Part shown: positions 39,379 to 52,984 of the stretch, in pieces | How positions within the stretch are numbered: position 1 is the stretch's first letter | Layout of the letters: each line of letters opens with the position of its first letter | Assembly: GCA_001938485.1 (NCBI GenBank) | Contig: MQRK01251438.1 | Location: 1 to 54,170 of the forward strand | Origin: Girardia tigrina | Lineage: Eukaryota | Length of the DNA stretch: 54,170 nt | Direction: 5' to 3' | Position numbers and translations under genes: made by a program | Notes under the pieces: model-generated | What the model was told of the DNA's origin: nothing | The model's input: only the letters and a program-made list of their open reading frames with translations | Databases searched by the model: none

Positions 39379-39780
39379 AATTACGCGTTGGAATTAATTT
39401 AAAAAAAACAATAAATTTACATAAACATTAATAATTAAAAATAAAGATCCAAAAATATACAAAAAAATAATAAGAAGAAAAACGAGCTTAGGGATACGTA
39501 ATAACTTAAAATCAACAAGACAAAGTGACCCAAATCTTGTCAAACGTCTCTCAAGAACTGGAAATGGCACTAAAAATGGAGACATAAGTCAATTACAGTT
39601 TTTGTGCAATCACGTCAACATAATTGACTTCGACCTACGAAGCTCATTGTAGCAGTATATTGTAATTATGTCTTCTTAAATATATTTTTGAGTAAATTTT
39701 TGAATTTTTATTTATTATTATTATTATTATTTGTATTTTTAATTAATTCCAACGCAAAATTGATTCTAACGCGTAATTAA
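39379..39780. mobile_element. MITE-like inverted-repeat element
   Basis: aattacgcgttggaattaatt at the left; aattaattccaacgc and aacgcgtaatt at the right; AT-rich inverted subtermini. Confidence 0.5.
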
Positions 39781-40057
39781 TTCCTTTTAATCTTTTGCCT
39801 TTTATTAACTTTAAAATACCATGTTTTTAATTTCAACATTTTTTGTATATGTTAACACTTATTTTTTAAATTTTATAAACTTTACGAATATAACCAAATA
39901 TAAATTTTTATCTACGTATATTTCAATAATTTATTTCTAAAATCATGATTTTGATTTATTATTTATATAAGTTTTATTTAAATCATTGAATTTAATAAAT
40001 CTACAATTTTCCAAAGTACTTGAGTCCTAACAATCATTTATCATGATTACCTTAAAA

Positions 40058-40251
40058 CAGTGGTTTCCAACCTTTTTGTACCGGTGCCCCCCTTTTAAAA
40101 AAAATTGTTGCGTCCCCCTTTAAAAAACAAATTGTTGATTCATTTTTTGTGACACATTCTATTTTTTTGGTTTGTATTCGAAAATGATATTTTGGAAACA
40201 GCTACATGCCCCCTTGCAATAGTCTCGCGCCCCACAGGTTGGAAACCACTG
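40058..40251. mobile_element. hAT (Buster/Charlie-type) MITE
   Basis: Perfect TIRs CAGTGGTTTCCAACCT; 8-bp TSD CCTTAAAA/CCTTAAGA with central TA. Confidence 0.92.
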
Positions 40252-41256
40252 CCTTAAGACCTGTGGTTCTAAAGGTTAGATGTTCTTTTTTATAAATGAT
40301 TCCAAATTTATCAAATGATATTTTTCTTCACTAACTTGATAGCTATCAAATGGCAAAATAATGTGCTCTAATCATTCTGAATTTCAAAAACATTTCAAAC
40401 AGAATCGTATACTCTGTCAATCTTTAGGTCAATCATCTCTATTTATTGTGTTTGTTGTTATTGTCCTAAGAGCTTTGTGGTGCCATGATAAAAATTCAAA
40501 ACAATAAATATTATTTTAGTGTAATAAACAATAAAGAAAAAAACAACCGTTGTTTAACTAAACTAAAGTGAACGTTACTCGTGTAAAATTCTTTTAAATA
40601 AACTTAGAAAATAATGCGGTCTCCATTTTTTATCGTATCGATTAATGTTCACCTTTTTCTCTCGACATTTGACGAGTAACAATCAATTCCACAAACAGGC
40701 GTCTCGGTTGATCGAAAACTCAAATCCGGTGTCGCCACCGTCGTTCGACATCGGCAGTCACATTCCAGCAACTGCCCTCGGGCTGAAGCGGGCAGCCGCA
40801 TACACTGATGATGAAATAATTGGCGATTACGGTGAGGAAACGACCGCGAACCACGACCTGGACGGCCGACCGGAACAGATGGGGAGCAGACAATGAACGG
40901 ATCCGATGCGTGGCTTACGTGGGCTGCGTCTCAGATGCCGATTATGCCGGCAAGTCGATACTCGAAAAGAAGTCAACCGATGGCCACTTGGCCAAACTGG
41001 TTCACAGCAGCCTACGTCCCGTTCGGTGACAATTCCGGCTCACGTTTTCCTGCATAGCGAAGAGGTCCCGGTTGATGCAGTTCAGACCGGCAGTCGGCAC
41101 CTCAAGCTCATACGAATAAATAACATCAGAAAAAATAACATCGACGATTTTTAACTCAGATCTATGTTACATCAATATCTTATTATTGGAGAATGATCAC
41201 TTAAAATATGTCACATTAGCTTTTACGTTAATTCAAAAATCTAATTTACTACTTAA

Positions 41257-41375
41257 AATATTATTAATAAAAAAAACTTTTTATAAAAACAACCACGTTT
41301 TTCAAGCATTACCAATGCACTAAAAAGAGGAAAATAATTTTTTTCTAGACATGTGAGAAATTTTATACCTAACCA
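41257..41375. repeat. Foldback arm, copy 3 (runs into an N gap)
   Basis: Near-identical to 9564-9680 and 38417-38535. Confidence 0.88.
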
Positions 41376-42340
41376 NNNNNNNNNNNNNNNNNNNNNNNNN
41401 NNNNNNNNNNNNNNNNNNNNNNNNNNNNNNNNNNNNNNNNNNNNNNNNNNNNNNNNNNNNNNNNNNNNNNNNNNNNNNNNNNNNNNNNNNNNNNNNNNNN
41501 NNNNNNNNNNNNNNNNNNNNNNNNNNNNNNNNNNNNNNNNNNNNNNNNNNNNNNNNNNNNNNNNNNNNNNNNNNNNNNNNNNNNNNNNNNNNNNNNNNNN
41601 NNNNNNNNNNNNNNNNNNNNNNNNNNNNNNNNNNNNNNNNNNNNNNNNNNNNNNNNNNNNNNNNNNNNNNNNNNNNNNNNNNNNNNNNNNNNNNNNNNNN
41701 NNNNNNNNNNNNNNNNNNNNNNNNNNNNNNNNNNNNNNNNNNNNNNNNNNNNNNNNNNNNNNNNNNNNNNNNNNNNNNNNNNNNNNNNNNNNNNNNNNNN
41801 NNNNNNNNNNNNNNNNNNNNNNNNNNNNNNNNNNNNNNNNNNNNNNNNNNNNNNNNNNNNNNNNNNNNNNNNNNNNNNNNNNNNNNNNNNNNNNNNNNNN
41901 NNNNNNNNNNNNNNNNNNNNNNNNNNNNNNNNNNNNNNNNNNNNNNNNNNNNNNNNNNNNNNNNNNNNNNNNNNNNNNNNNNNNNNNNNNNNNNNNNNNN
42001 NNNNNNNNNNNNNNNNNNNNNNNNNNNNNNNNNNNNNNNNNNNNNNNNNNNATATATATATATATATATAAAAGCAACTGTTTCAAAAGTTTTTCTTACA
42101 ATTTCGAATTTATATCTTTTAGTTGTGATTTGTTTTTAATCTCTTAGGTCTGCTATTCGTCATTTTCAAACAATGGCTTAAAAATATTTGTTTGAAAATT
42201 TCAAAATTATTTAAGTCTAAAATAATATTAATAAATTATTTTGATATTAAATATTAGTTATATATGTAAAATTAAATCAATAATAATCAGTGCATTTCTA
42301 GATATAACTATTATTCATTCGTGATAAATATCAGTTAATA

Positions 42341-43560
42341 CAGTCGAATCCAGTTAGTATGACGTTATGATGACTTGATGTTGATGTCACATTATCCGGA
42401 CCATACCGAAAACATTGTAATGTACGATGGGCAGCCATGTTTGATTTCGGCTGATATGATGTATCCTCTCATTAATTCTCATATCCTCTCATTTTTTTCC
42501 AATAGTATTCGATATGCTATAGTTTGACATAATATTAAATATGTGTACGAATTGCATTTTATAAATATAAGAGAAGTACATAAAAAGTTATAAAACATAT
42601 TTTAATAAAGAAAAATAAACTAATTAGATTTTTGATTATTTAAATACGATTCGATTTTATTCTTTGTGTTGCAAGATTATCATAAGTGCTTAGGCTGCCG
42701 ACTGTCTCATGAAGAACTCGTTCAATTTAGTTTGCACCTTCTTAGACAATATTGACACCTGATCGTTGTACTCCCCATCAAAAAAGAGTCATATTTATTG
42801 CAGTTCTGTTACAGACAGTTGTGCAGTGTGTTCAATGCCATCAAAATCAGCTTTTTAGAGGCGTGTCTTTCTTGCCCTACTGAAGTCTTCAAAGCATTTA
42901 CCGAATCTCCTTTATACATCTCTTCATTACATTTACTCTCCAGCTGATAGTTTTTCATAGCTGCGCAGATTTCAGTTTCAGTCATATTTCTATAGCATTC
43001 AAGATTATCTTTAATAGAAATATCTTGGGGTAATGGCCTTGGAATACTCACATATGCAGTGTACTCAATTTCCAGACACTCATCTTGAAGTTCAACTTGG
43101 GCGACAAAATCAACCTCATGAGAAACAATTATTGATAGTAGTAGGAGATACAAGTTGAAACTAAGTTTTTCGCAACACATCCATTCCTTGAGCTACAACA
43201 ATTTCATCTTTGCTAAATGCCTCCATAATTTAAAGAATGTATCTCATCACAGCTGAACTGATATTTGAAGGCATGAATAATCATGATCAAGCGGCTGATG
43301 TGGTGTTTGGAGGGCGAATCAGCAATTTTACGTTTGTGATTTGCGTGGATTAATGAAATGATGCATTTTTAACAGTAAAAAAAACTTGTTTATATTTTTC
43401 GCATGTCGGCATCAAATGTAGGGCAAATATTGGAGAAAATGTCAGCTGTCATCCATGCGTTTGAATTTGCAAAATATGCCAGCGGTACATTTTTTAATCC
43501 TTTCACACAGAATTGTCTTTCCGGCTGATTGACATGAAAGCGAAAAAGACATTCAATCGT
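42341..43560 (-). mobile_element. pogo/Tigger transposon remnant
   Basis: TA|CAGTCGAATCC terminus. Peptides PLAYFANSNAWMTADIF, PPNTTS and C-terminal KVQTKLNEFF. ORF 42809-43180 is part of this C-terminal region. Confidence 0.8.
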
Positions 43561-45168
43561 CCCTTTTCTGTTGTAGAAAGAGTGTTAGTTTATGAAAAAA
43601 ATTGCAAAATTAGGAAACCCAAAATCAAAACTGACTTTTGATTTGTGGTAACAAAAAAAAACAAGGTAGGGCTCTCAAAAAATGCAGGACCTGCATCCTA
43701 AGACTTGTAGGTCGATCATAATTTTCTTAATTTAATTCAAGTTTTGCTATGAACAGAACCTATGGATCAGTATCCCGTGTACAAAAGATGCATGACGAAG
43801 TTATTCATAAAATCAGGGTAGGCCACTTCAACCAAACCTGTAGGAACATGTATAGGGACATGTAAGTAGGTGATGATTGTATATGTATATTTTTATTTTT
43901 GTACCGTGTATGTTTTACTCGGTTATGTATTTATTATCATTTTTTATTTTTTCTATGTATGTAAATTTGTTTTCTTTATTTTTTTAATGGGAAGTAGTTT
44001 TATTTTTATTTAAAAGAAAAAGAAAACCAAGAATGAAAGACAGAACAAAGAAATGAAAGACAAGACGAAATGATTTCTTCTCCCCGCAATAAATAATTAT
44101 AATTAAAAATAATTATTATAAGAATTTATCGAAAATAAAAAAGAATCAATTGGAATATATTGAATATTGTTTTTACGTTGTAATCTTGTTTATTTATTTC
44201 GAATCAAATGACGATTCGCAAACTCAAAGGAACTGTTTTTTTATCTGTGGATAATTTTGGTGCTTGGTCGTATTTAATACAATTTTTTCGTTATTATTGT
44301 TATTCATTTTTGTTATGGTGACCCGACAAATGCGCTGAAANGGGATTGAAAAACGTTTTTTAATTACTTAATATTAATGATATTAAAGATATTATATATA
44401 AATTTTATAATTCNAAAATATCTATAAATTTTTATTATTATTTACTTATTGTTAAAAATATTTTTGAATTATAAATTTATAGATATTTTTGAATTATAAA
44501 ATTAATAAATATCTTTGAATTATAAAATTAATAAATATCTTTGAATTATAAAATTAATAGAAAGATATTTTTGAATNATAAATTTAAACTTTATTTTAAT
44601 CCACAATAATTCAACCCGACTATTTTACAATTATTCAAACAAATACAAAATCTAAAATCACGTAACAACATAAAACGACTTTGAAAAGATATTTTTTGTC
44701 TCTACATCTATATATCTTCCATAAGATAAATAGTAGATCTACCATCCTAATAAATCAGTCTTCAGAAAAGTCATCAAAGAAAGTTGTTTCAGTTAAAAAA
44801 ACATAATTAGAAAACTATTTTTTAATAGATTTTAAACTCAATTTAAAAAATAAATAAATAATGCATTAACGTTTTGTTTAATCTTTGGTAAAATGACTGA
44901 TATTAATTTTCCTTTGGCATAAATCTATCATTTTATGATTTCATTTGATGTTCATTATTGCCACTTAATAAAACAAATTACTCCAAGTTTAATGATAAAT
45001 TAATGTCGTTTATTAAGTTAATTAAAACAATAATATTTGAAATTATTTCGGTAAAACAAAATTTAATTTTGAAAAAAATAATTTCGCAAATTATTTTATT
45101 TAAACTTGGCTTTTAATCAAGGTTTGGAAGTTTCCCACACGATACCTTTATTTTATTAATACTGTGAG

Positions 45169-46085
45169 TAGAGGTGGACACGTTTTGCGTTTAAACGGCC
45201 GTTTAAACATTTTCAATTTTTAAGACATTTAAACGTTTACCGATTTATAAACGAGCGTATAGTTCTTAAGTTCGTATTTCAAAACTCACGAATGGGTTAT
45301 ACTCTTTTAGAACTTTTATCACGCTACCTAAGGCCTATTCATTTGTAAAGAACCCATTGTCCCAATCTATTGAGCTTTTCGTGGGACTATAAATACAAAA
45401 TATGAAAAGTAGCATTAATATCATATTTGAGAATTGCATCAAAATTTCCGGTAAATTTTTTTGATAGATGTAAAATTATTTAAATTATATTTGTTGATTT
45501 TCTAAATTTTTTTGAGTACAAAAGTTTTAAAAACGAGATGTATTGTATTGAAGAAAAGGTATTGGTTTTTGATGAAGCTAATAATTAAAATTTTAAATGT
45601 TTAATTTGCTAAACGGAGACCGTTTAAACGTTTATAAAATTTTAAAACGTGCCCACGTCTATTAATTACACTAAACGAAGACCGTTTAAAAGTTTATAAG
45701 ATTTTAAAACGTCCCCACATCCATCAATGCTGTTAGAGATCGTTTAAACGTTTTTTAAACATTTAATTTGCTAAACAAAGACCGTTTAAACGTTTAAAAA
45801 ATTTTAAAAAGAGCCCATGTCTAGAAAGTGGCGGCTTCGGTAAAAAAAACTTCTGGGGAGCTCGGGTGTATAAGCCATATTGTGATCGGCTGATGACAAA
45901 GTTGTGTGCCTGCACCCAGAGTTACCGTTGGCTCGGGTCAGCCTAGCTGTTTAAATAATGGTTGGTTTCTCTGGACTGCCAGTTGCATGGTTATGTGCAT
46001 CGTCGTTTAAACGTTTTGAAACGTTTATTACTCTAAACGAAGAGCGTTTAAACGTTTAGAAAATTTTAAAACGTGCCCACGTCTA
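45169..46085. mobile_element. Non-autonomous hAT element with reiterated right ends
   Basis: TIRs TAGAGGTGGACACG / CGTGCCCACGTCTA; perfect 8-bp TSD ACTGTGAG (45161-45168, 46086-46093); many subterminal GTTTAAAC motifs. Confidence 0.92.
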
Positions 46086-46600
46086 ACTGTGAGGAATATT
46101 TTAGATTGAATGAATGTGTGAATGTCTTGATGTTTTTTTAAGTATGTTGAACTTAGAATGGTGATCCTGCCGCCCACATGAAAACTGGTATTTTTTATTG
46201 TTAATTTGAAAAATATAAACTTATTCAATTATTATTTTAATGATGTTCGAATATTCAATCACTCTAAATATAAAAGTTAAGTCTATTATTCTTAAAAAAA
46301 CAAAAAGAAAAGCAATTAATTAGATTTAATTTAAATTCATTTTTAACAATTTTATAATTTTTTTATTATTTTCAGTTTTTATAAAGAAATGGTTAAATTA
46401 TTATTTTTAATTAATATTTTTACAAATTAAATATTTTAAAAAGATTTAGAAAAATTGTTCGAATAATTATGATTAAAAAAAGAAATAGAAAATCAATTAG
46501 GGCGATGCCAAACTGTGAATGATCTTCCGAGAGTTGTGATGATTCTAAATATGATAGTAATAAAAATTTTAATGAAAATTGTATTAATGTTCTCAAAAAA
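46086..46600. repeat. Dispersed repeat family A (hit by a hAT insertion)
   Basis: Collinear with 24110-24650; begins at the hAT target site actgtgag. Confidence 0.8.
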
Positions 46601-46734
46601 TACGAATGAAGTGGTTGTGAAATCCCTAATTCTCGTGGGTTTGAAGAATTTTTTTATTTTTTTACTTTTTTTAGCTGAATTTACCAGTAAGTTGTCTATT
46701 TTCAACGTCGGGGGTTAATATAGCGATGGATTAT

Positions 46735-49700
46735 TATTACATAGCATTTCGTAATCCGAACATAACGAGAGGAAGATTCCGGGCCCATATTTGTTCAGAT
46801 GAGTCTGAGTGAGTCTTTAGTGCGTTCTTTACGCACCGATGAAACCTCTCGATTTTCTCGTCGCACTCTGGATGATACATCGTCGTCTGGCGATTGTTTT
46901 TGTCAAATACCCTGCAGATTTCTTTGAACTGGTTGGAAATGAATTGTCTTCCTTGATCTGTGAGGATGATCACTGGTGGACCAAAGCGACTTATCCAGGT
47001 ATATAAGTGCCTTAGTTATTGCTGCAGACGTTACTACTGCATTATTGTCATTGATGGGAACCGCTTCTGGTCAACGTGTGTGCCTGTCAATAAATGTAAT
47101 TAAATATCTTTTACCTTTGACACTTGGTAGGGGACCAACAATGTCCATATGTAGGATTTTGAACTGGCCTCTGTCTGGATTTGAGCTGAATTTAGACTTT
47201 GTATGTCTAGACACTTTCTGAGATTGACATGGATAGCATTCTCGAATCCACTTGCGAATATTGGATTTCATATTTGACCATACATATCAAGAGCGATCAA
47301 TATCAATAGTCTTGTTAGCTCCGATATGAGCTAGGCCGTGTAACCTCTTAAATTCCTAGTAACGAAACTTTGTGGCTAATATGATACGTTTGTTTGAACC
47401 AGCAATGCCATAAAGAATTTCGTTATCTATGAGCATATTGAAGGTGGATCCTGAGAGTAGTTCGTTTTTTTTTCTTTGTTGTTTGGTTACAATTTCGTCT
47501 CTTGATAAAGCATATAACTTGAATATTTCTTCGTGGTCATCGTTTGCCCTGGAAAGGAAATCAGCGACAATGATTTCGGAGCCTTTGACATACTCTACTG
47601 TCTATTGGATGGATTCTTCAAAGATTGTATGTACAACAACGGTTTGTGATCGGTAAGTATTTTGAATGTTGAACCCTCCATATAATGTGTAAACTTCTTG
47701 ACTGCAAGGTAGATTACGAGAAGTTCGCGGTCAAAAGTAGAGTAGTTCATCTCAGATCTTCCCAGTTTCCTTGAAAAAAATGAAATTGGTGCTAGCTTTG
47801 TGTCCACTTCATGATTAAGGCTGGCAACTACTGCTGTACCTGAGATATCCGTGCAGAGGATCAATTCCTTGCAATGATCAAACGAGTACATATGGGTAAT
47901 TTCTTTTAATCTCTGCTTAATTGCGATGAAAGCAAGCTTCTGTGGGCTTTTGAGATAGAATTTCTGGTTTCCTCTTGTTTCTGTTAGAATAGTGTGAAGC
48001 GGAGTCATTATTTCTGATAACTTTGGTATCATCTACTGATAGAAAATTGCTGCTCCTATAAATCTACGGAGTGATTTGGCATTTTTCAGTTTCTCAATCC
48101 TTATGATATCATTGATTCGTTCTGGAATAGGTTTGATGCCATTACTGGAGATTTGAACACCGAGAAACTTGACTGTTGACGAATGAAAGATGCATTTGCC
48201 CTTATTCAACTCCAGGGATGCTTTAGCTAAAATGTTGATCAGTGTCAAAAGATATTCTTCGTGCTCTTTTTCAAAATCAGAGAAAATAATCACATCATTA
48301 ATATATCATGCAGAAAATCTTTCTAAGCCATGAAGTAGTGAATCCGTGTTTCGTTGAAACATCTGCGCTGCGTTCCGTAATCCGAAAGGCATTGTAACGT
48401 ATTCAAAACGTCCAAAGAGCAAGGTTACTGCTGTTTTCTGGATGTCATTTTCGTGGATTAGGATCTGATTGAAGGCTTTTCTTCAGTCCATCGTCGAGAA
48501 TATTGATTTGCCAGATGTTTTATCCAATATATCCGCCATCCTTGGTAGAGGATATCTGTCTGCTTTTATAACAGTATTGAAAAGGTTGTAATCACCACAT
48601 GGTCTAAAACTGCCATCGTTTTTTCTTACTATGATCAGTGGTGAGGACCATGAACTGGTATTACTCCTGATTGTGCCATTGATGAGTAGTTGATCGAACT
48701 CCTTTTGTACAACTTCTAAAATTGCTTTACCTATCTTTCGTGATCTTTGTGCTACTGCAGGTCCTGTAGTCTCAATTCTGAGCATTGGTTGAGCACCATA
48801 CATTGTGTAAGCCGATTTATGAAAGGATTTCTTCTTGAAACCGGTCACGGTCCTGTCCATCCGAGTATATCTGATTGCGTTTACAATCAACCTTGATATC
48901 TTCTATTGCAAATAAGTCTGAACCCAGAATTGAACGTTTAACATCTGCGAGAATAAAGGACCATTTGAAAAACTTTTGGAATCCTGGAAGATGGAATTCT
49001 AGTAAACGAGTGTCGCTTGTAGTGATATCTTCGCCGCTAGCATACACCAGCTTCTGAATGTTTGAGTTGCAATTTGATTTGAAGTCGTTTGACGGTAAGA
49101 TACTGACATCGGCTCCAGTATCGATGAGGAAGTTGATCACTTGATTATCAGCAATACCAGGAACCATAAATATGGCTGAAATTTGATCCAATGGTTTGAA
49201 ATGGGTTTAAGATACCGGAGTTTCTGCAACCCTTAGTTTTCCTGAAGTATTTCGAGCATTCCATTCGTATGGCTTCTGACATTTACGTGAAGCCTGTATA
49301 AAGGTACGGTGGTAATAACAAATATTTCTATCATACTGTTAATAGCCATTTGCATTGAGTTTCTTTTTGAGGAGATTGATTTCTTCTGTTATTTGTTCAA
49401 TTTGACTGAAGCGTTGATCGAACTGAATATTCGTTTCGGAGGCATTGATTGATCATGGTTGTTTGATTGAGATGAGGTTGTCTGCTAATTGAGCTAATTC
49501 AGGCAGTGATAACGATTTATGAGTTAACAAATGTCGCTGAGTATCAATTGGCAATGCTCGGAAGAAGGCCGTCCGAAGAATGTTGTCATCATTTGATGTC
49601 ATTCCAGCTAAACGATAATGTCTCTGAAGGATCTTGAGATATTCTGATAGATGACAATCGCCAAAGCCATTGTTGCTAAATGTCAAAGTGCTAAATTGTC

Positions 49701-49995
49701 AAAGTGGGTAGAAATTTGGAACTTTCCGATTCTGGAGGATAACTTCATGCAGATCTGAGTATGGTGACTTCGATTTATTTTCGAAATGTTCCAGGAATTC
49801 AGGGAGGATCACCGGAGGTAAGCTTGCTGTGATATTCAGGAATTATGTTGTTTCACTAGAGATCCGTGATAATTTGAAAATGGCTTCCACTTGCCGGAAC
49901 CACATATCTGCTTCATCGACAATCAACGACAATTTGGCAAAGGTGTGGTTGCATTCGAGCAAACAGCTTTTGACACCATTGTTAGAATTCTCCAT
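46735..49995 (-). mobile_element. Ty3/gypsy retrotransposon internal region (gag-PR-RT-RH-IN), disabled; LTRs not found
   Basis: gag WFRQVEAIF; protease FLIDTGADVSILP; RT RPCGDY, DRYPLP, MPFGLRNA and YIND (decayed YIDD); RNase H NYSTFDRELL and TDHKPL; integrase HGLAHIG..CYPCQ, HMDIVGPLP, TDQGRQF and IERFHR. Confidence 0.95.
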
Positions 49996-50706
49996 AATAA
50001 CTAAAACACAACACCTTTTGAAAATTTATTATTATGAACAAATCAATAATTAAAACAACATAATTAAATAATATTGTTTAATAAAATTTTAATACCAATT
50101 TTAATACAAATTGTTAATTTAAATTTTAATTATAAAATTTTACGAGAAGTATATATATATATATATATTATTAAATACTGAAAGAAGAAATAATAAATTC
50201 TACAATATTATCTTTAATTCATTAAAAAAATTTTAATAACAAAAACGTGTTAATGGTACAATATTTTTTTAGAAAAAAGATCAAATGTTTCTGCATATGA
50301 AAACAAAGTTATTAAAAAAATGAAATTCGATATCAAAATTAATTTCTATTTTTGCTTTAATTAACAGATAATTTCTGTGAAATAGGACAGATTTGTTTCA
50401 ATTTGTAACTAAAAAATATTATTTAAACAAAATATAAAATTATAAAAAATAGTTATGGAATTACCATTAACAATTCAAACAAATTATTAATTATTCAATA
50501 TTTTCTAATAAATATTAACCATTAAAATGACTTTTATTATTCACAGAAATTACTCACATTTCTTAATGAATCATTTTTTTCCATATTCGAAAATTATTTT
50601 GCAATAAAATATTTTTTTATTAATAATTATTATTAATTTTCTTTTATTTCGATGACATATTTTTATGAGATATTTTAGTCGTAGACAGAATTGATTACTC
50701 TACATC

Positions 50707-50708
<2 letters not shown>

Positions 50709-50742
<34 letters not shown>
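50709..50742. repeat. (TA)n microsatellite
   Basis: Direct reading; similar tracts at 18026-18056, 21739-21759 and 36240-36271. Confidence 0.9.
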
Positions 50743-50745
<3 letters not shown>

Positions 50746-50759
50746 TGCAATATGAGTAT

Positions 50760-52390
50760 ACATTGTATATTAACTACAAAATTTTATTTCAATAAAAAAG
50801 GTAATACATGAAGGTCCCAATTCGTAGAAAGAATAACACTTTGACTACAACGTAGTTAGTGTCTATATGTTTAGTATCCGCTCCAGGATGGAGTCGTTTT
50901 GTGAGTCCATCGGCTTTGAGCATGGGTTGAAACAATTGATGTTATGTTTCGCCCATGTTGAGGCACAATACTTGATGTTTGATATGACACACCTTCTTCG
51001 AAGATTGTTGAGTGCTATATCTGTGTTTTAGGTCTGTGAGCACCTCATCGTTCTTCTTTGGCCGTGAGCCCAGACATCCAACCTCAATTGTTGCCAGGTG
51101 AATTCCCCAGCCTGGATATTTTACTTTTACCTCTTCCTCCAAAGTCAAATATTTCGCCTCATTCAGTTCTCTTGCGGCTTCGAGATTCTCTGTTTCATCA
51201 TATGGTGTTTTGATGTCGATGAGCCACATTATCTTTCTCACTTTGTTTTTTATTTGGAGGTCTACTCTTCGGAATGATGTGGAGAAATCGTTCTGTTCAT
51301 CTTTTTTGATTTCGTAGTATGGTAAATCAAAGTATTGTGCCTCTACCACTAGATCCCTGACAGCGTTGTGTCTAGCGGTGACCAGTGGCATAATTACTTT
51401 ACAGCGACAGAGTACGTGTATCTGAGTTTCTGCTTGGCTTGAATGAAGGCTTGGATGATCAACTGCATCACATATTCCTCTCTTGTCTCAATGAGTCTGA
51501 GAACGCCGTATTCTCTTCCGGCGTAAAGGTAGTCGTTTGGTGCTGTCGAGTGCAGTCTGCATATTGGTTTTATGATTTTGCGGATTTCTTTGTCCAATCC
51601 ACCTGGGAAGTCTTTATCGATTACATCGTGGTATCCGTAGTCTGACAGCTCTCTGTTAGGAATGTTGTAGTTTCTGAATGAAAAGATTATCCGAGAATGA
51701 CCTTATAAGCATCGGTTTTCTGCCATGGATCCAATGACGAGGCAGCAATTTTTTTCATGTCACTAATGATGTCTGTAGGGACCCAGAATATTATTTTATA
51801 TGTATCATTTTACTTTTATATCATTTACCACATTGTGATTGTATTTTATTTTTTTGCTATTATATTTTATTTTACGACTGTGTGTGTTATTTTTTATTGT
51901 TGTGTTTCTCTGAGATATGATATTGAGGCTCCAGAGTGCCAAAGATGAAGAAATTAAAAGAATAATAAAAAAGAAATTTTGATAAGAGCTTTTAATGGAA
52001 AATCACAGTGTCAATTAAAGTATTCTTTAGCCAAACGCATTTATTGTGTGAGAAGTTTAATTACCGCAATTTTTATCTAGTCAATTTTCACTAGTCGCAG
52101 CACTTAGTTGATCAGACGATTTAGTTTAATATCAGCCAAATCCTAAAAATGCCCTTGAATAGATCCGTTGGTGAGCTTTTGGTCTTTCTAGTGAAATATA
52201 CTCTCTAGTATCGGTAGATTTTTTCGTAGTCAACCTTTGGGATTTCTTCTCTATTTATATAGATGGGGTTATCCTCTTTAGTTGTTTGTAAGTATCCCGA
52301 TTTAGATGGATTAAATATCATTGAAGTCCAAGTTGACCACTTGAATGCCTCGTTGACCATGTCTTGTAGACTAAAAAATTCGTTCCTCAA
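50760..52390 (-). mobile_element. RLE-type non-LTR retrotransposon 3' portion (NeSL/R5-like), interrupted at ~51780-52100
   Basis: RT tail FNPSKS..YRYL, then ARHNAV, RVDL..IDIKTPYD, KY.L and IEVGCLGS of the restriction-like endonuclease. The 3' UTR ends near a (TA)n tract. Confidence 0.85.
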
Positions 52391-52984
52391 TCTTCAAGGA
52401 AGTGAATCCGTAATTTTTTAATATTGTATAAGAAGGAACTAACCAGGTTAACCAAATTAAGTATTGTTTTATGAACCTGTTTAGAACGATTTCAAAAAAA
52501 TGAAATCAACAAATAAATAAAAATACGAATCTTGTTTTAACAATTAACACTTTAATTTGTATAACAGTTACTCACAGAGTTGAAAACAGTCGGATATTCG
52601 TAATAAGAGCCGGAGCAAATTTTAATATTTTTCACAATAGAAGTATATAGAATTGATATTGATACGTAGAATTTTAGTCAAATGGTTCGTCAAAACGTTA
52701 GCCAAGTGTCGGTGATTGTCTCAAAAACAAATGTAATAAAATTCGTCAAAAATCAGTCAAGACAGTGAAATTGTCTGAAATTGTCTGCTTCATAATTGCA
52801 GATAATAAAACTATGACAATTTATAATTTTATGTATTGATTTCAATTTGAATCTTTTAAATTCAAATTGAAATCATACAATAATAATATGAGGATTTAAT
52901 ATTATTTCTGAGACTAGATAACATTTACTATTTTCTTTGTTGTGACAAGGTTCATTTTCTGGCTTTTTTATTTGTTTTTTTTAT

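Noticed and set aside
40800-40835. Hammerhead-like CTGATGA..GAAA (also 11940-11990, 32105-32135, 45875-45910)
   Set aside because: Each lacks a required part: stem II, the GAAA, or a correctly placed UH cleavage site.
41253-42147. Long ORFs of 277 and 264 aa in the track
   Set aside because: They are runs of N from an assembly gap.
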